From assembly GCA_030704615.1 (NCBI GenBank), contig CM060731.1, positions 70,370,001 through 70,434,000 on the forward strand: a DNA stretch of 64,000 nt, given 5' to 3'. The translations under genes were made by a program, and so were the position numbers. This stretch comes from Takakia lepidozioides (taxonomy: Eukaryota; Plantae; Bryophyta). Under the pieces are notes generated by a model. The model saw only the letters and a program-made list of their open reading frames with translations, had not been told where the DNA came from and searched no databases. Below are positions 33,841-48,100 of this stretch, one piece after another; position 1 is the stretch's first letter, and each line of letters starts with the position of its first letter.

Positions 33841-36510
33841 AATTTGCTATTTTTCATGAATTTCTAGTGACAAAAGATACCTGAATTTCGATGTGTCTCA
33901 TACCGCACGTCCAAAAATTATAAAACCGCCTCTATGACTCTACTCATTGAGGGGAAATTTCCACAACTAAACGAAATTGGCGAAATTAACGATTATGCGA
34001 AACTAACACATAAAGAACAAGTAGCCCATCTGATGAACATGTTACACTATAGGCGTGGCTTTTTCTCCATAACAGACGCGAGTGTAGGCAATGAGGCTTC
34101 ACCTCACATTTAGGGTCCTCACCCATGGACAATTTCGCACTACAAAACTAGCATGAGAAGAAATCACATTGTAGCTAAAAGGATGAATAGGTCACTTTTA
34201 AAGGCCCCACCATTCCTTTTGGATGTGGGATTGTTGGGTGATGGGATTTCGTATTGAAAGTCTCAACTCAAGCTATACCACTAAGGGTTTCTCAATGCGA
34301 AACCCACCATTGCTTAGGTTTGTGCCCATATCACATATCATTCTCAATGCGAAATTCACCGCCGCCGCTATAGGTATAGTTTCTGACTGCACTACAAAAG
34401 GTTTCGCCTTGCTGAATTGGCGCATATGTATCGTACAAATGCACCAGTCTTCTATACCCGCTTATGGTTTTATTCCATTTTGAAAACATATAACTCCTAT
34501 GACAGAGGTTTAAAAACATAAAACTCCCATGACCGTGGGTTGTGCTCATGCGTGAGCATGCTCACGTTGTGCTCACATGATACCAACCCCCGCGTAAGCA
34601 CAATGTGAGCAGAAAAAACACCCCACTTGAGTAGGATCCACGATTATGGGGGTGATAGGTATGCAGCGGAAATACGTTTAATACATGGATATAAGGTCTT
34701 TCTGCGTTGATAGGGTCTACATGATGTGTAACAATATTTTAAACATATAGAAGGAGCTTGAAAGGGAGAAACCTACCAAAAAACTTTAAAAAAAAAAAAA
34801 ACCTAATTTTGCTGGCGAAACCCAAGTTTTGCAGGCGAAAATCCAAGTTTCTCCGGCAAAACCCTTTTTTTGGGTGGTTCTTGGGGATGCTCTACACACA
34901 ATGATTACCCAACGCCACATTGTTTTTGCTCGCTAACCTTTCAGTTCTAGCTAAAGTTTCATCCAGGGCCTCTGTCCCTTTTCTCGGAAAAAAAAGAAAA
35001 GAAAAAGTCTAGCAGATGTATTTGTTTGTCTTTGTGCTAACATGAGTTAAGCTTTGGACAATTAGTTTCCTAAGTTTTGTGGCGTGAGCGCAGTTTTCAG
35101 ATAGTTTCCTATATTTTTCGCGTGGGCACATTTTGGTTTCACTCTCACATATTCTCCAAATTCTTGGGGAATATGCAGAATATGCCTCTGTGCTCAGGTA
35201 AGCAGGCTTAGGCTGGCATGTGCGTGCTCACACACACTACCCAACCTCCGCATTGAGGGCTTTCCAGTGGTATCAAGTATCAAGACCCCGGGCAAAGGCC
35301 GTTGCGGATTGGGAGATGTCAACGACGCCACAAAACAAAACAAACAAAATGAAATGAAACAAAACAAAACAAACTACCTTGCTTAAAAAGATGGATGATG
35401 GGCAAGCGAGTAGATGAGCCACATGCCGTTTGAATGCGGCAGCATGGATTTTGTTGCTGTACAGGGCAGTACCCGTGCCTGCAATTGACCACTATGGTGA
35501 AGAGTAGTCCCAAGGACTGTGACCTTACAGACCTCAGTCAAGCACTACCCTTCAATTCATCTGGATCTGTAAGTTCACTTGCAGGTGTTCTCAAAACTTG
35601 GCTCAAGTACTCTTTCAATGAAGGAGGAGGACCAGACGAGGTGAGAGATGAGTCTACCAGCACAGCTTGTGAACTCATGTTGCAGACAGATGACTCGTGC
35701 AACTGTGAGAACCCACAACTACACTGGTTCAAGCAAGGCTAGTAGTCAACACAAGAGAAAATGCTTCAGCATGATGATTAAAGGGGGTGGGGGAAGAAAA
35801 CATTGGAGTTCCGGCAGTAACATGCACAAGACTCCCTGCATGTCACAAACTCCAAACAAGGGCCGACTGAGGCTTTGACCTGTAGTCAGCAAGCTTGCTC
35901 ACTGACCCTTCTGTCTGTGACCTCTGAAGTACCCCCACTTGCAAAACTTAGTGCCTGGATGAACCACTCTACCAGGACAGTCGCCACAAATGCTCCAGTA
36001 GCACTTACCGCAACAACAAAACACACTTACCTGCAAAAGTCTAGAGTAAACAGACCATTGCACCTCCTTTTCGCTGGTTAATGCTTCTCCTCTTACAGAG
36101 CTTTCTCTGCAGAACTAAACAAATGAGTTTAAGAAATTGAATTGTAGCCGCCGTCAACACTGATTTTCAATGCTTTTAGCATTTGCTTCTTCCATGCCAG
36201 CCTCTGTGACATTAATGTACTCCCCAGAACCACTGTTGCCAAGCAGCAGTCATGCGGTGAAGATAGTCCAATTACTCTATGTCGGCTGCGGCTTAGTCCA
36301 GGGATATAGCCAGATTGTTGTGGCAGGACGTATCAATTGGTCCACACACGTACAATTCTACTTTTCAAAGGCTTCTCAATGTTGACATAGCCATTCTCAA
36401 TCACCTTCTTCCTGGGAAAAAAACTTTCACTCTCTCTTTACCGTTTCGATCATGATAGACCGACCACTACAGCCCAAAATAACAACAGACAAAAACGTGC
36501 TCCTCAACTG

Positions 36511-39500
36511 CTACTCAGTGTCAGGCTTCTCAATGTCAGTAAATCCATTCTCAGACACCTTGGCCTCTTCCTCAGCCACTTCAGCCTCTGTCTTTCTTCC
36601 CTTCTTGGACTTGTAATAAACCCCCATAAACGTCCCCACTGCCTTGTACTTCTCTCGGCACTGATGGTAGAGAGTTGCATCAAACATCCTCCAGAAGTCG
36701 CGTTCATTGAGCTCAGAAACTGCATACTGAGGCTGGAAAGAATGATTCTCAATCATCCACGCCTCCAGCTTTTTGACAGCCTCAACCCCATCATAGACCT
36801 CACCATTGAAAACAGGCCGCGGTGTATAATATACCCCAACATCAGTGAACATTTGTGCAAAAGGCGTGTCACCAGGCCGCCTAGCATATTCAAACCCTGG
36901 CTCGGGGTTAATCATGGTCTTGATAGGAGTCTTGTAAAGGCGGTGAGGACACAACCAAATTGGGTAAACCTGCATTGATAAGAGGGCTAAGTATTGGAAA
37001 GAAGAATTTATTTTCCTATCACTGACCATGGCTTAATTTCTGAGGAGTTTTGGCATATACCCCGTTTATGTTGTATAGCATATGAACTTGACGAGACAAA
37101 CAAATTGCTAGATTATATTGATAGCTAAAAATAAAGTTCTCCCATCCTTCTAAATTAGACCAACTGGGGAAACTTGTTGAGCTCATCCACTGAGAAATTG
37201 TGCCTTTCATCGTTCAAAATCTGGAAATTCTTCATTGAGATTGCCACCCAACCTAAAAGGATTGTGGCCTGCGGGATCAACGGGTGCAATTCTGCAGCAT
37301 CTGCATAGTAGCAAGTTATCACAAATAGGAAAACACTCTCAACCAATAGCTGGGGCTCTCCTCACTACATGGGCGGCACGAGGAAGGCCATACCTCAAAT
37401 TCACGTTCTGAAAATTCGAGGGCATCTCCAACCTTGTATGCAGGCACCAGCATGTCCTGGATGACGTGACGCTCATGGTAGTAGTTGCGGATGGCATCCC
37501 CCTGCGTCCACACAGTTAAACAAGCCCTTAACACAAGACAACAACTATCACTTGCAAGTGACACCAACCAGGTCGTAGTCTAGAATAATTCGTCTGCATG
37601 TGACTTCTAAGAACTAGTTTCAACCAATCACGGTTCGAAGCAATGTCTGAACATTCACAGGGATGCACAGACAATTGTGCCTACCCTGTGCAGATGATAG
37701 ATGATCCGATGCTTGCTGGCCATTAAACATGGAACAGCATAGTAAAGCAACAGTTTGCAAGGACGGTAAGTGCAACCCACTCTTGCAAACAAAATAAGTT
37801 TGCTAAAAGACGAGGTAACAGCCATCCTATCCATTCAACATGGTTTTCATGCACTGCGAACATACCTGGGTCGCTTTCAGAAAGGAGACCTTGGGAGGCA
37901 TCATCCATCCGAAAAACCAGCGGAACCACCACTGGTCTCCAAAGGGCAAAATAAGTTTGCCTTCCCAGTAGAGACAGCGTGTGTGGCGGTGATAATACTG
38001 TCGTGTGGGAATATACTCCACAAACTCACCTTTTGTCAGGGCTGTCTGTGCATGTTGGTAGAACCAGGGCTTGAACCACCAGCCCACCTGCAGGGATTAC
38101 AAGTTAACCACGACGGTTAGGAGAGAAGCAATGAAATCTGTGAATAATGCATCCCTCCTTCCACAGCAAATGTCCAAAAATCTTGCATAAGAAAAGAAGG
38201 CATGACAGACTGTTCATGATCATTCTCGAATAAGGCTAGCTCACAAGCCCACCTCATTAATCTTATTCCCTTTCTTCTTTGCCTCCTCCTTTGATGCATA
38301 GCGCCCTGTCATCATTACGCCTTCCATCTCAGAATAGATCATGCCTTCAACAAATTCTGGTACCTTCTCAGGATTGTCTTGGTCCCCATCACGGGGCATG
38401 TATGAATCATTATATGCCTGTGCCAGTTCCTTCAAAGTTCCTTTCGCAGGCTTATATGTCACTTTCATGTACTCCTTCACCTCAATCAGCTTGATCTCAG
38501 CTGCAACCAGCAGTCCCAGGGTACCTTGTGACCAGGGGATGGCATAGAAGAGGTCTGAGTATTCATTGTCAGCAGTTGCATGCACCAAGCGTCCGTCAGC
38601 AAGGATGATTTCATACGCAACGACGGTGTCAGAAAAGAGACCATAAATATGAGAGCTTCCTTCAATTCCATAGCCATTAATGAGACCACCAACAGTCAGA
38701 TCATCAAGCTCTGCAACCACAGCAAGGGCCAGACCCATTGGAACAGTCATTCTGGTAATTTGGCCCATGTTGACCAAAGGCTCGCAACGTGCAATCTTGT
38801 TCTCCACATCAATCTCCAGAATCTGCCCACAGAGACATTCCTGGGGTTAAAAGAAATTTGTCACACTCTTGGTGTGTACCTTGCCTTAGTATAACCCGGC
38901 TGATCCTAATCTCAGGTCTACAAGCATCCGTTGGCCCCTTGTGGACTGTTCATAGCACAGTAGATTCTATGAATCCGCTGAATGATAAACTTCTGTTTCC
39001 TCCATTTACTTCTACTTACCACCCAGTAGAGAACGCATTATGAAGAGTAGACGTTAGCCCACTCCAATCACAACATTCCCCAGCACAGGATGGGCGAGCT
39101 GATAGAAATTCCTATTTCATAACTTAGTGATATACACCAGGCTTTTCATGGAATGATAAGATAGATATCCACTCTGATAGTTTTCTCTGCTAGCCTGTGC
39201 AAATCATGTCACCTTTATCTAGCAGTTTGACACAGGTTTCTGGTAAATCACATAACATGCAAATCACAACTTGGACAAACAATAGACTGCCAGTTCCACA
39301 ATTTTATACCTACTCTTTCTGGTGGAGATGAAGTACTGAAACAGATCAACAGGCCCAGCTCAACTGCAGCAGTGGCCTCTCAGAAAGCATCTCACCCGGA
39401 CTGAACCGATGTGACTAGAAAATAGAAATTTGCTAGTGGAGACAGCCTCCTACATCAAGTTCCTATGACTCTGTTTCTTGGTACAAGGTGTCAAGGTAGA

Positions 39501-40005
39501 CCTATTGACCTAGTAACTCCAGTGTCGAGAGACAGCTTCGAGAGAGAATGGAGTGCATGAATCTCACCTACAAAGAGCAGACCCGGAGAACCGAAGGTCT
39601 GCCTATAAGGTTAGTCAAGGTTCTGGCAAGAGAGATGGGAAGAGAAAGCTCATTAACTTGACGGAAAGACGACAAGTCGACTTCAAAGTGGCGAGCTCGT
39701 TTGTAATCCACATTACGCATTCCCACGGCAATCCATGGTTTCCTGGCTGTACACACCAGACCGTCACGAGCAGGATCTCTGGACTGCAATCTTTTGAGGA
39801 CCTTATCCACATTTTCATCATGTTCTTTCTGCCGTTTTTTTTCTGACTTCGAGGCAGACCAAATGTCTCCAAAGTAGGCCCACCAATCAAATGCCTTCGA
39901 AACAGGGAGCACCACGAATATCACAAGAATCCATCTGAACTGCACTGCCCAATCCACCCATGACTTTGGACGCTTTGGACGCAACGGTTTTTCCAAGTCT
40001 GACAT
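36511..40005 (-). CDS. DWF1: Delta24-sterol reductase (DIMINUTO/DWARF1); exons 40005-39658, 38822-38253, 38087-37866, 37501-37394, 36969-36511
   Basis: MSDLEKPLRPKR..., GLVCTARKPWIAVGMRN, FAD-binding ELDDLTVGGLINGYGIEGSSH, WFKPWFYQH, HVIQDML, FQPQYAVSEL, VYYKSKKGRK. All junctions are GT-AG and in frame. Confidence 0.97.
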
Positions 40006-42172
40006 TTTCACACGCGGAGTGAAAAATGAGAGATGGATGTTTGGAGATTACAGGGGGACGCAGAGAGGTAGCGAGTAAGCACTGCAGCACATCTCACTGT
40101 TGATGATCCGGAGGTGAGGAAAACACTGACATGCTAAGATAGAGCATCAATGGGGAGCTGCGATCGAATTAAAATGCAAGCTCACCCACTAAAACCGATA
40201 GCACAAGAGAAAGAACGGGTCCGGGGGTAGACGAGGTCACAACAGAGAACGGAAACTAAGAAAAACAAGGGTAGAATCACACAAGCAAATACAAGGAAGA
40301 GGAAAACAAACAAATGGAAGAGAAGGAGAAAGCGAGAGCAATGCCAACGGACCCAAGACTCTAGAAGCAAGGGATCCAACAGAAACGGGGACTGACAGGT
40401 AGTCCAACGGGTCTATCCGACAGAGGAAGATGGAAAGAAAGGCTCACGTCGTAGTGGGAAGAGAGGAGGCAAGACTAACAAGAAACCAGACGGGGGTATC
40501 CAAGGACCCAGTGAGCGATACAACCAATATCTATCTGCTTGCCAAGAAAGCCTGCCACTTCGATCCCCATAAAATGCCTCCCAAAGTTCTGAATCACAAG
40601 GATCGTCCTGTGAGGCCCACATGCAATCCTGGCATCCGATGCACTCAAACAACCAATCGCTGCATGTTTGTGTGCTGGACTTGCCAAATGTGCGGTCATC
40701 GTCATCACTGATGCAGACTGTGCATCATCATGTTTAGTCCACTGATGACCTGGATCTCAGTCTGCCATCGACAGTTACAAAAGGACCTCGAATTACCCAC
40801 CGTCGGTGCCAAGCAGAATAGAATTGTTTGGCACTTAAATTTCCAAGTGCAAACTGCAAACTTCAAACCCAAGATGCTAAACCAATCAGTGCCGACCCAG
40901 AAACTAGAATCACATGTTCCGTTGTAACTTGTAACCCCAAGAGTGGCAGAACGAGTTGATGACCTGACAAGACTGCAGGAACTCCGGAATATTAAAGCAC
41001 ACCCAGAGTCTGTCTGTATTACGGACAAACAACCCGTTCTGGCCCTATTAGCTTCATGGGATGGGCCTTTGTGCGGGCCATCCTCTCTCCAACATTGGAT
41101 CATGTGCAGCCTGTGTTGCATTCTTAGCAAGAATCACGTGTAATAAAGAGGAAGGAATGGAAAAAGCAGCGAATGGCCTAGTTTACGCAGTGCATCATGG
41201 AGGGAGGAGGGACCGCAAGTGCAAACCTGTTGTATGCAGACTCGATGCAAGGCAATCAGACAGACTGTGATATCTATGTTGGTGTTGGGGTTGCATAATA
41301 CATGCTTCAAGTGATTTTCAAACAAGGTAAATGTTGAAGATGTTGGTTTTCCCATACTCATTCATATATCCAGGTTCCTGGGTGAAGAGGGGACTCACAT
41401 CCAATCAATTCCAATCTTGTCACCTTGGATTCCCTTAGATCGACAAAAATCATCAACACCTTTGGTGTTCGTCACATAATAGGAATCCTCTGTCGATTCT
41501 GTGGCTATGTCTAGATGATCAGAACATTACTGGATGTTCAACTACTTTCTCTGCCAGTTCTATGACATCTGCCACTTGTTTGCAAGCTTGAGAACCTAAG
41601 ATATGGGAGAATCCAGAAATTGCATCCTCCCATCCCATCCTGAAGAACAGTCTAAACTACTCCCAACACCTAAAACGACCCCAAGAACCAAATCACATAA
41701 CAGCAAGTCGACCATAAACTGATAAACTACCACTCCAAGTTTTCTGCAATTCCAAATGGAATTGGGGATGGGATTTCATAAACAAAAAGCTGCCAAAACA
41801 AAAAATCAAGCCAACTTGGAAGATAAAAGAGCTTCGTAAGAAGCACTGTACAGGAGCCCAATTACCAGGTAAAAGAGCCACCCTACACAAGCAACAGGAG
41901 TTCACTAACACAGACAAACTCCATCCAAGTAATTCCCTGTTAAATAATCCCAGTTTCACAAAGATTTTTGTGACCATGTACAAGAATAGTGAAGCCCACT
42001 GCCTAGTACTAACTTCAAGACAAGTTCTTTCTCAGCAGCATTAGCATTGTCAGCTGAGAGACACTCAATTTACAACAGATTTGGCCCCTGAGCAGGATAA
42101 ACCAGCTCTATGCTACATGTGAATCAAAACTATCGATCAGGCAGACCCTATGCCAGATCTTAGCTGTGCTAA

Positions 42173-45100
42173 TCAAGGGGTAGTTCTCTTCCCCCACCAC
42201 TTCTTTTTGGTTCTCTCAGCAGACTCCAAGTTGCAAAGCTTTTGGAGAACCACCTTTGTTTCCCGTAACCTTAACTTGAAATCTTTCTTCCATGTATCAA
42301 ACCTCCCCTTAAGCTTTCGAAGTTCCTCGTCTGGATTGAGACTTGCCTCTGTCAAGCCTGACTTCACTTCCACCAGAAAGTCGGCATCGTCATTGAAAAC
42401 CTGTGTTCGGTGGTCAAACTCTCTGATCAGATGACCAACCACTGAACGTCCAGCATCAATTTCTCCTCGTGTCAGAGTGTACTCCGCTGCTGATTGTGGA
42501 TATTTACAAGGGGTCAGACTCTGCTCGGGGCTCTTGGTGCCAAGGGTGGTATCATCATCCCAGTCAAAGTCATCATCCTCGTGGGGGAGTAAATGCTTGG
42601 AGGCTCGCTGCCGTGACACACTGATCCGGAGATTCACAGCATCATCCTTGTTGGGAGTATGCGGCAAAGTGTCATCCATTGCAAGACTCTTTTTGGCAGC
42701 TGCGAGACTAAGTTGCAAAGATGACATCTGCTTCTGCCACATGTCCTCCATAGAAGACATCTTAGACTCATACTCCATCCAACGCGCTTCACAGTGTTGC
42801 AGCCGTTGACGCAGTAGACCATTGTCCTCCTCCTTCTCTCTTAGGGCTTTCTCAGCAATCACAGCTCGCCTTTGCAGTTCCAGTAGATACGACGGCTGCA
42901 CCTTGATTGTAGTATCCTTCAACTCCTCCACTACCTGCCACAGCCCCCGTCCTCGCTGATAATCAAGATACCTGACTCAAATCTAACCTGATTCAGCAAC
43001 CTAGTTATGAATGTTAGTCTGTTCTGAATATTTCCAGTTGTAAAGCCTTGAACCTAGTCAGTCAATGTCAGAATGGTATCCGAGATCTTTCAGCCACAAA
43101 ACTCACTTGGCTGTACATTAATAATATAACTAAGTTAAGATGCGATGAAGTTGCCCACATGTTCTTCAGAAATGCTTGGGTGCCCATCCTGTGACACTCA
43201 CATGAAAGTACTGTGCTCAACCCCCTGAAACATACAGAAGCTGTTTGATATTACACACAATTCTGGTCAACCCAGACAAAGGGAATTTGTTTGTGCACAC
43301 ACCTCGGTCACTAAGACCTTGGTCGATGAAGGTATGCTGTTACCACTACCCATCTCCTTGACCTCCTGGTGTCTGTCTATTTGAACATCTCCTGAATTCT
43401 CAACTTCAGCAGCCAACTTCTCTTCTGTTTCTTGTTGGCGAGAATGCAACTCTCTTCTTGCCAGCCATGCTCGGACAACTGCAAAGTTTTACGATGTCTT
43501 AAAATCAGAAGGCTATCCAACTTTCAGCCTACTACGATGCAATGTGACATCCCTGTGAGGCGCATTTGCCTTGTTTCATCTTGTGCTTAATACAAAAACG
43601 GGCAAAGAGAAACACCTGTTTGCACTAGCACAACCATCTTCCTCCTTGACAGATAGATGCATCGCACTGCACGCCTTCGCACGTGCTTTTGAATGATAAC
43701 AGCCGCCCCATGTATCCGCCGTAATTCCTGAAACTGTCGTCTTGCTTGTACACCTCTAACCACTACTCAAAACACAAGCCGCATCAACCAAGAGTTCTGA
43801 GTTCAGACACCAACATGACGGAAATGGGGCTCAACAATCACACAACTATTAGAATATGGTGCAGGACTTCAGTGACAACACAGTTGCTTAACAGACATGT
43901 ACAGTTCAATGGTGAATGATTATGACACAGCTGCTCATGCGCATAGGAAAAGAGAGAGCAACAAACATCACAATGAACTTACAAGACTGCAAGAAAATTG
44001 TCACTTTTCGCAGCTGTATAAACTGGCATCGAACCTTGTATGCCCTGTACACACTTTGCACCCCTATAACACCCTGAAGGGTACGCAGTCGCAGATCCTC
44101 CAATATTCCTATCTGCATCATCGACGTACACCGATGGACTCAAATTAGAGAAAACCACTGACATTTTATATGCAAACCCAGCCCATTGTATACAGAATGA
44201 GGGATCATACAACTCAAAGGACAGGTGCACAAGTACAGTGTCAGAAAGCTAAGCAAGCCACAAACAGAACAGAGGCTAGAAGAGGACGAGGTACCACATG
44301 CACCTGCACCGCATAGCATGTTTATTCATCATTCTTTCTTAGAAGATTGCTACCGAAGATAGCAGATATAAACTGTCACACACTCACCTACATAACTCCA
44401 CTGGAGCTATGCTTGAAACATACAAAGACTCAGGTGGGTCTTCTTTCAGGCTCCAATAGAATTCTTTACTCGAGATATCTCTAGTCCAAAACCAATATCT
44501 AATGGGTTTATAACACATAAAATCAACAGGAAGCTCCTTTCCAGATTCACACGCGATGAATACCTGTCCAGCTCGGAAAAACAACTTTGTAAGTCCAACT
44601 TGGTACATCTCTGGAGCAATACCAAACTGGTGCAAGATTGCAACACACACACTTAACATATCGTGTTGTGCAGCCAGACTTTTTGGCAGTAAAAATCCAT
44701 ACCTGCACATAAATAACAGCACTACAAAGATCAACCACAAAGTCCTAATTTTCAGCCATCCAATAGCTTATTTGTGAGGGACAGGAACATGTGCTAGCTA
44801 GGTAGTTGTCCAATAGAGTATGGGTTAATCCAAAAATTCCGAGTATAGAGATATTGTCTCTCCCAGCAATTCCACATGAACAAATGCTCATTTGCAATAA
44901 CTCTACTCTAGACTGTCAGTAGCGAGCTCAACTTCCTTCTGGGAGCTGGGGGGCCAACCAATGACTCTGCGAAAACTTGGTTTCAGCCTTGTCAGCTCAA
45001 GATACAGGTGGGAGGAATGGTCACCTGTTGGCAAACTGGTGATGTGAATGGCGCGTGGGGTAGCCAGAGCGGGAAATACGGACCACTTCCAGCACACCGC

Positions 45101-48100
45101 AGCACCGTAGCTGCTGCAGTACTAGCTCCTGTTCAAATATATTTGCAAGCTGCAGAGTGTTTGGCTTTATGCACCTTATAAAGTGTGGCTCTGTATTCTC
45201 TAGTCTCCCCATCAGCTTATTTAGTTGGCCCTGGCATCCCCCACACACACTGGATGCACTTAGGAACGATAATTGGCTCCTTCATTCGATCAAGTGCGAA
45301 GGACAAAATACATACACTAGTCACTCTGGAGCATTTGTGAGTCGTGAAAAATTCCAATCTATATCCTACAACAAGCAGCCATTGTCTACTGGAAATTACA
45401 GTATCCCTGGACATGGGATCGCAAACTGTGCAGAATGTAGTATTCAGGCCGGTCCACCACTGGTTAAGGGCCAAACTAAGAAAAAGAAAACAAAAAACAT
45501 TTTGCAGACACAGCACAGAAAAGGGCAGTTGCCAGACCTTGAACTTCGCTGCCACACTTTGCTTCTGAGATTCTGTACCATTTGCCCTCCGTGTAGGGCT
45601 GAGCAATTTCTGCACATCCTCCCCAATCGACGCGGCAAATAGCTGCGGCAGAGAGCAGTCACAAGCTGCCAGCAGCTGCAAAAGATCCGAATGCAACAGG
45701 TCTCTGTTCTTCTCCAGGAATCCATTGGTCTCATACTTCACCTGCATACACAGCTTTTGTCAAAAGCTCACATACATAGAGAGAAAGAATAACAAAAAGG
45801 CAGAAAGTTTATTGATCTTCTCCCACAGGCCCCCTACTGTGAGTATCATTCACTCATACACAACTGATGTGTTAACCAGTGATGACGACAACCAAGAGAA
45901 ATGAAGAAATTAAATTCCTCGCATACAAAATCCCCTAAGAACTCCATGCCCCTGCATTGATTTGGGTCCACTACCTCTATCATATAAGCCTGTATATTTC
46001 TCAGACCTAACAGATAGAGATGCAGGTTCATCTGCTTTGTAACAAAAAACACTATGCGGAACCTTGGAGCCACCAATAGCCCTAGAAATTGCAAGTCTTG
46101 ATCAGAGTCTAGGAGAATCCACTGCTCCAAGTCATTAGAGCCTCACACTTTGCAAGGCACCCTTGATTCCAAAAAAGGCCCAGAGACTGATTGTAAATGT
46201 ATATTACTCCCATATGAGACGAAACAACATTTCCATTAAAGCACAGATTCCATGCATGAAGTCCTTTAAGAAGACCTTTAGTATCAGCATGTCATGACAT
46301 CCAAAAGAATGTGAGGATGACACACAACCAACCGCAAATATCCTTCCAATATACCTACTCATCCAACTAAGATGGAACTATGAGAGCACAACAGGATTTT
46401 TAAGCATATTTGGAGCAAGTGTCAAAACCTCACTCATGACCTTTAATGGACAATTTACATGGAGGTTAAGAGTGCCATGTCAAATACCTCCCCAGCATAG
46501 TGACAGATCCGGAATGCCCTGCTCCGCTCCCCTTTGAAACAAGCATTTGCCTTCAGATGTTCCTGGAGCTTGTTGGCAAGTGTAAGATCTGTGGCTCTTG
46601 GAAATGTGCACTCCTCATCCAGCAATGAAATGATACCCAGTGGTCTCTGCAATGCAAAACATCACAACTCTGACCATTTGAGCTTTTCTTACTTGGAAAT
46701 CAGATATGTTGATCTTCTGCTCTACCTCCAGAACCTAAGGCCCTCCAGCAGAGAGGGGTATGGTTCACTGCAGCTTTTTGGGTGAGACACTTCTGTAGTT
46801 CCCGTACACAGCCCAAGAGAAAACAGTGAAAGATGTAACAGCACAGCCCTTCAACTCTTCAAATATCGACATTACCCAGAGTAGACATGGACCTGAGAAA
46901 CATCTGCAGACTACACCCAACCACAGATCCACAACAGGAGATCCATGCAAAGAGAATAGAGTGTATATGGTCGTGAAACAAGGAGTATCCATTACCTAGA
47001 GATGCACACAACCACACAAAGAATTTTATTGAACCACTACATACGAAACTAGTTGACATCAAAAGGACATTACCTTCTCAATAAGATCAAGGCACTCTTG
47101 ATTGTCCTCAAAATCAACTCTTGTCCAATCAATGCCTTCAGATGTATACTCCTGCAAAATAGAGCACACCATTTCTAAGAATCTAAGTTTATGTTTTTTG
47201 AAACAAAGCGAAGAGGTAGCAGGGTCAAAGCATCAGGACCAAATTCTTCACCTAGATTGTTATTAGATTGCTACAGAGACCTGACCAACGCAAGAAAAGA
47301 ATTCTGAGAAGAGAATTCCTACTATAACAGACCTCTTGTTCCAGCTTGAAAAGATGGCGGTTGAAATGTTGCTGCAACCTTTCATTTGCATAGTTAATGC
47401 ACAACTGCTCAAAACTATTAATCTGCATCAAACAAGGCAATGAATTAACAGGAACCATTTGGTAAGTGCACAACAGCAGATGCCGATCGTCTCCTAGAAA
47501 GATAAAGCGCGGCTTGCATGAAATTCGTTGGGAGATCAGAAACAAGTAGATGACCATAGTATTCAGCTGGAGCTTGCTTGTAGAAAGCAAGTCTACAGAA
47601 CTCCAAAGGCATCATAAAACCACACCCAGGAGCATTTAGGTGGTGTGTCTGAATGACCTAAGTCCAGCAGCAATAGTCCATCCCCTTAACGTCCAGGATC
47701 ATGTGAAACCACAAGACAAGCTTTGAATGTCCAAATGCTACATAACTTGAACTCACTTTGAATGACTCGAACCCATAAATGTCCAGGATGCTGATAGATC
47801 TGCCAGTGCGCCTCTTGCCAACCTCCAATGACATGTTAATGCGATCTACCAACCAATCAAATACACTTGCATAGATGCACTTGGCAAGTGCATCCCTTGA
47901 ATCAGTTGCCTGCATTCAGCACACAGGAATAAGCAATGAGTAGTCATGGATATAACTTGTAGTAATGAAAAGATTCTCTGCTTTCCTCACAGCATAGACT
48001 TGTTGACAGTGTAAGCCAGTGTTCCTAATCGGAAGTGCCACGAGTGCCCAGACCTGAGAGTAGGTCAATCTTTGCACAATATCATCACCCCCAGCATGAA

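Noticed and set aside
35434-36385. Short ORFs and splice-like sites downstream of DWF1
   Set aside because: No recognisable protein; may be UTR or non-coding exons and cannot be supported.
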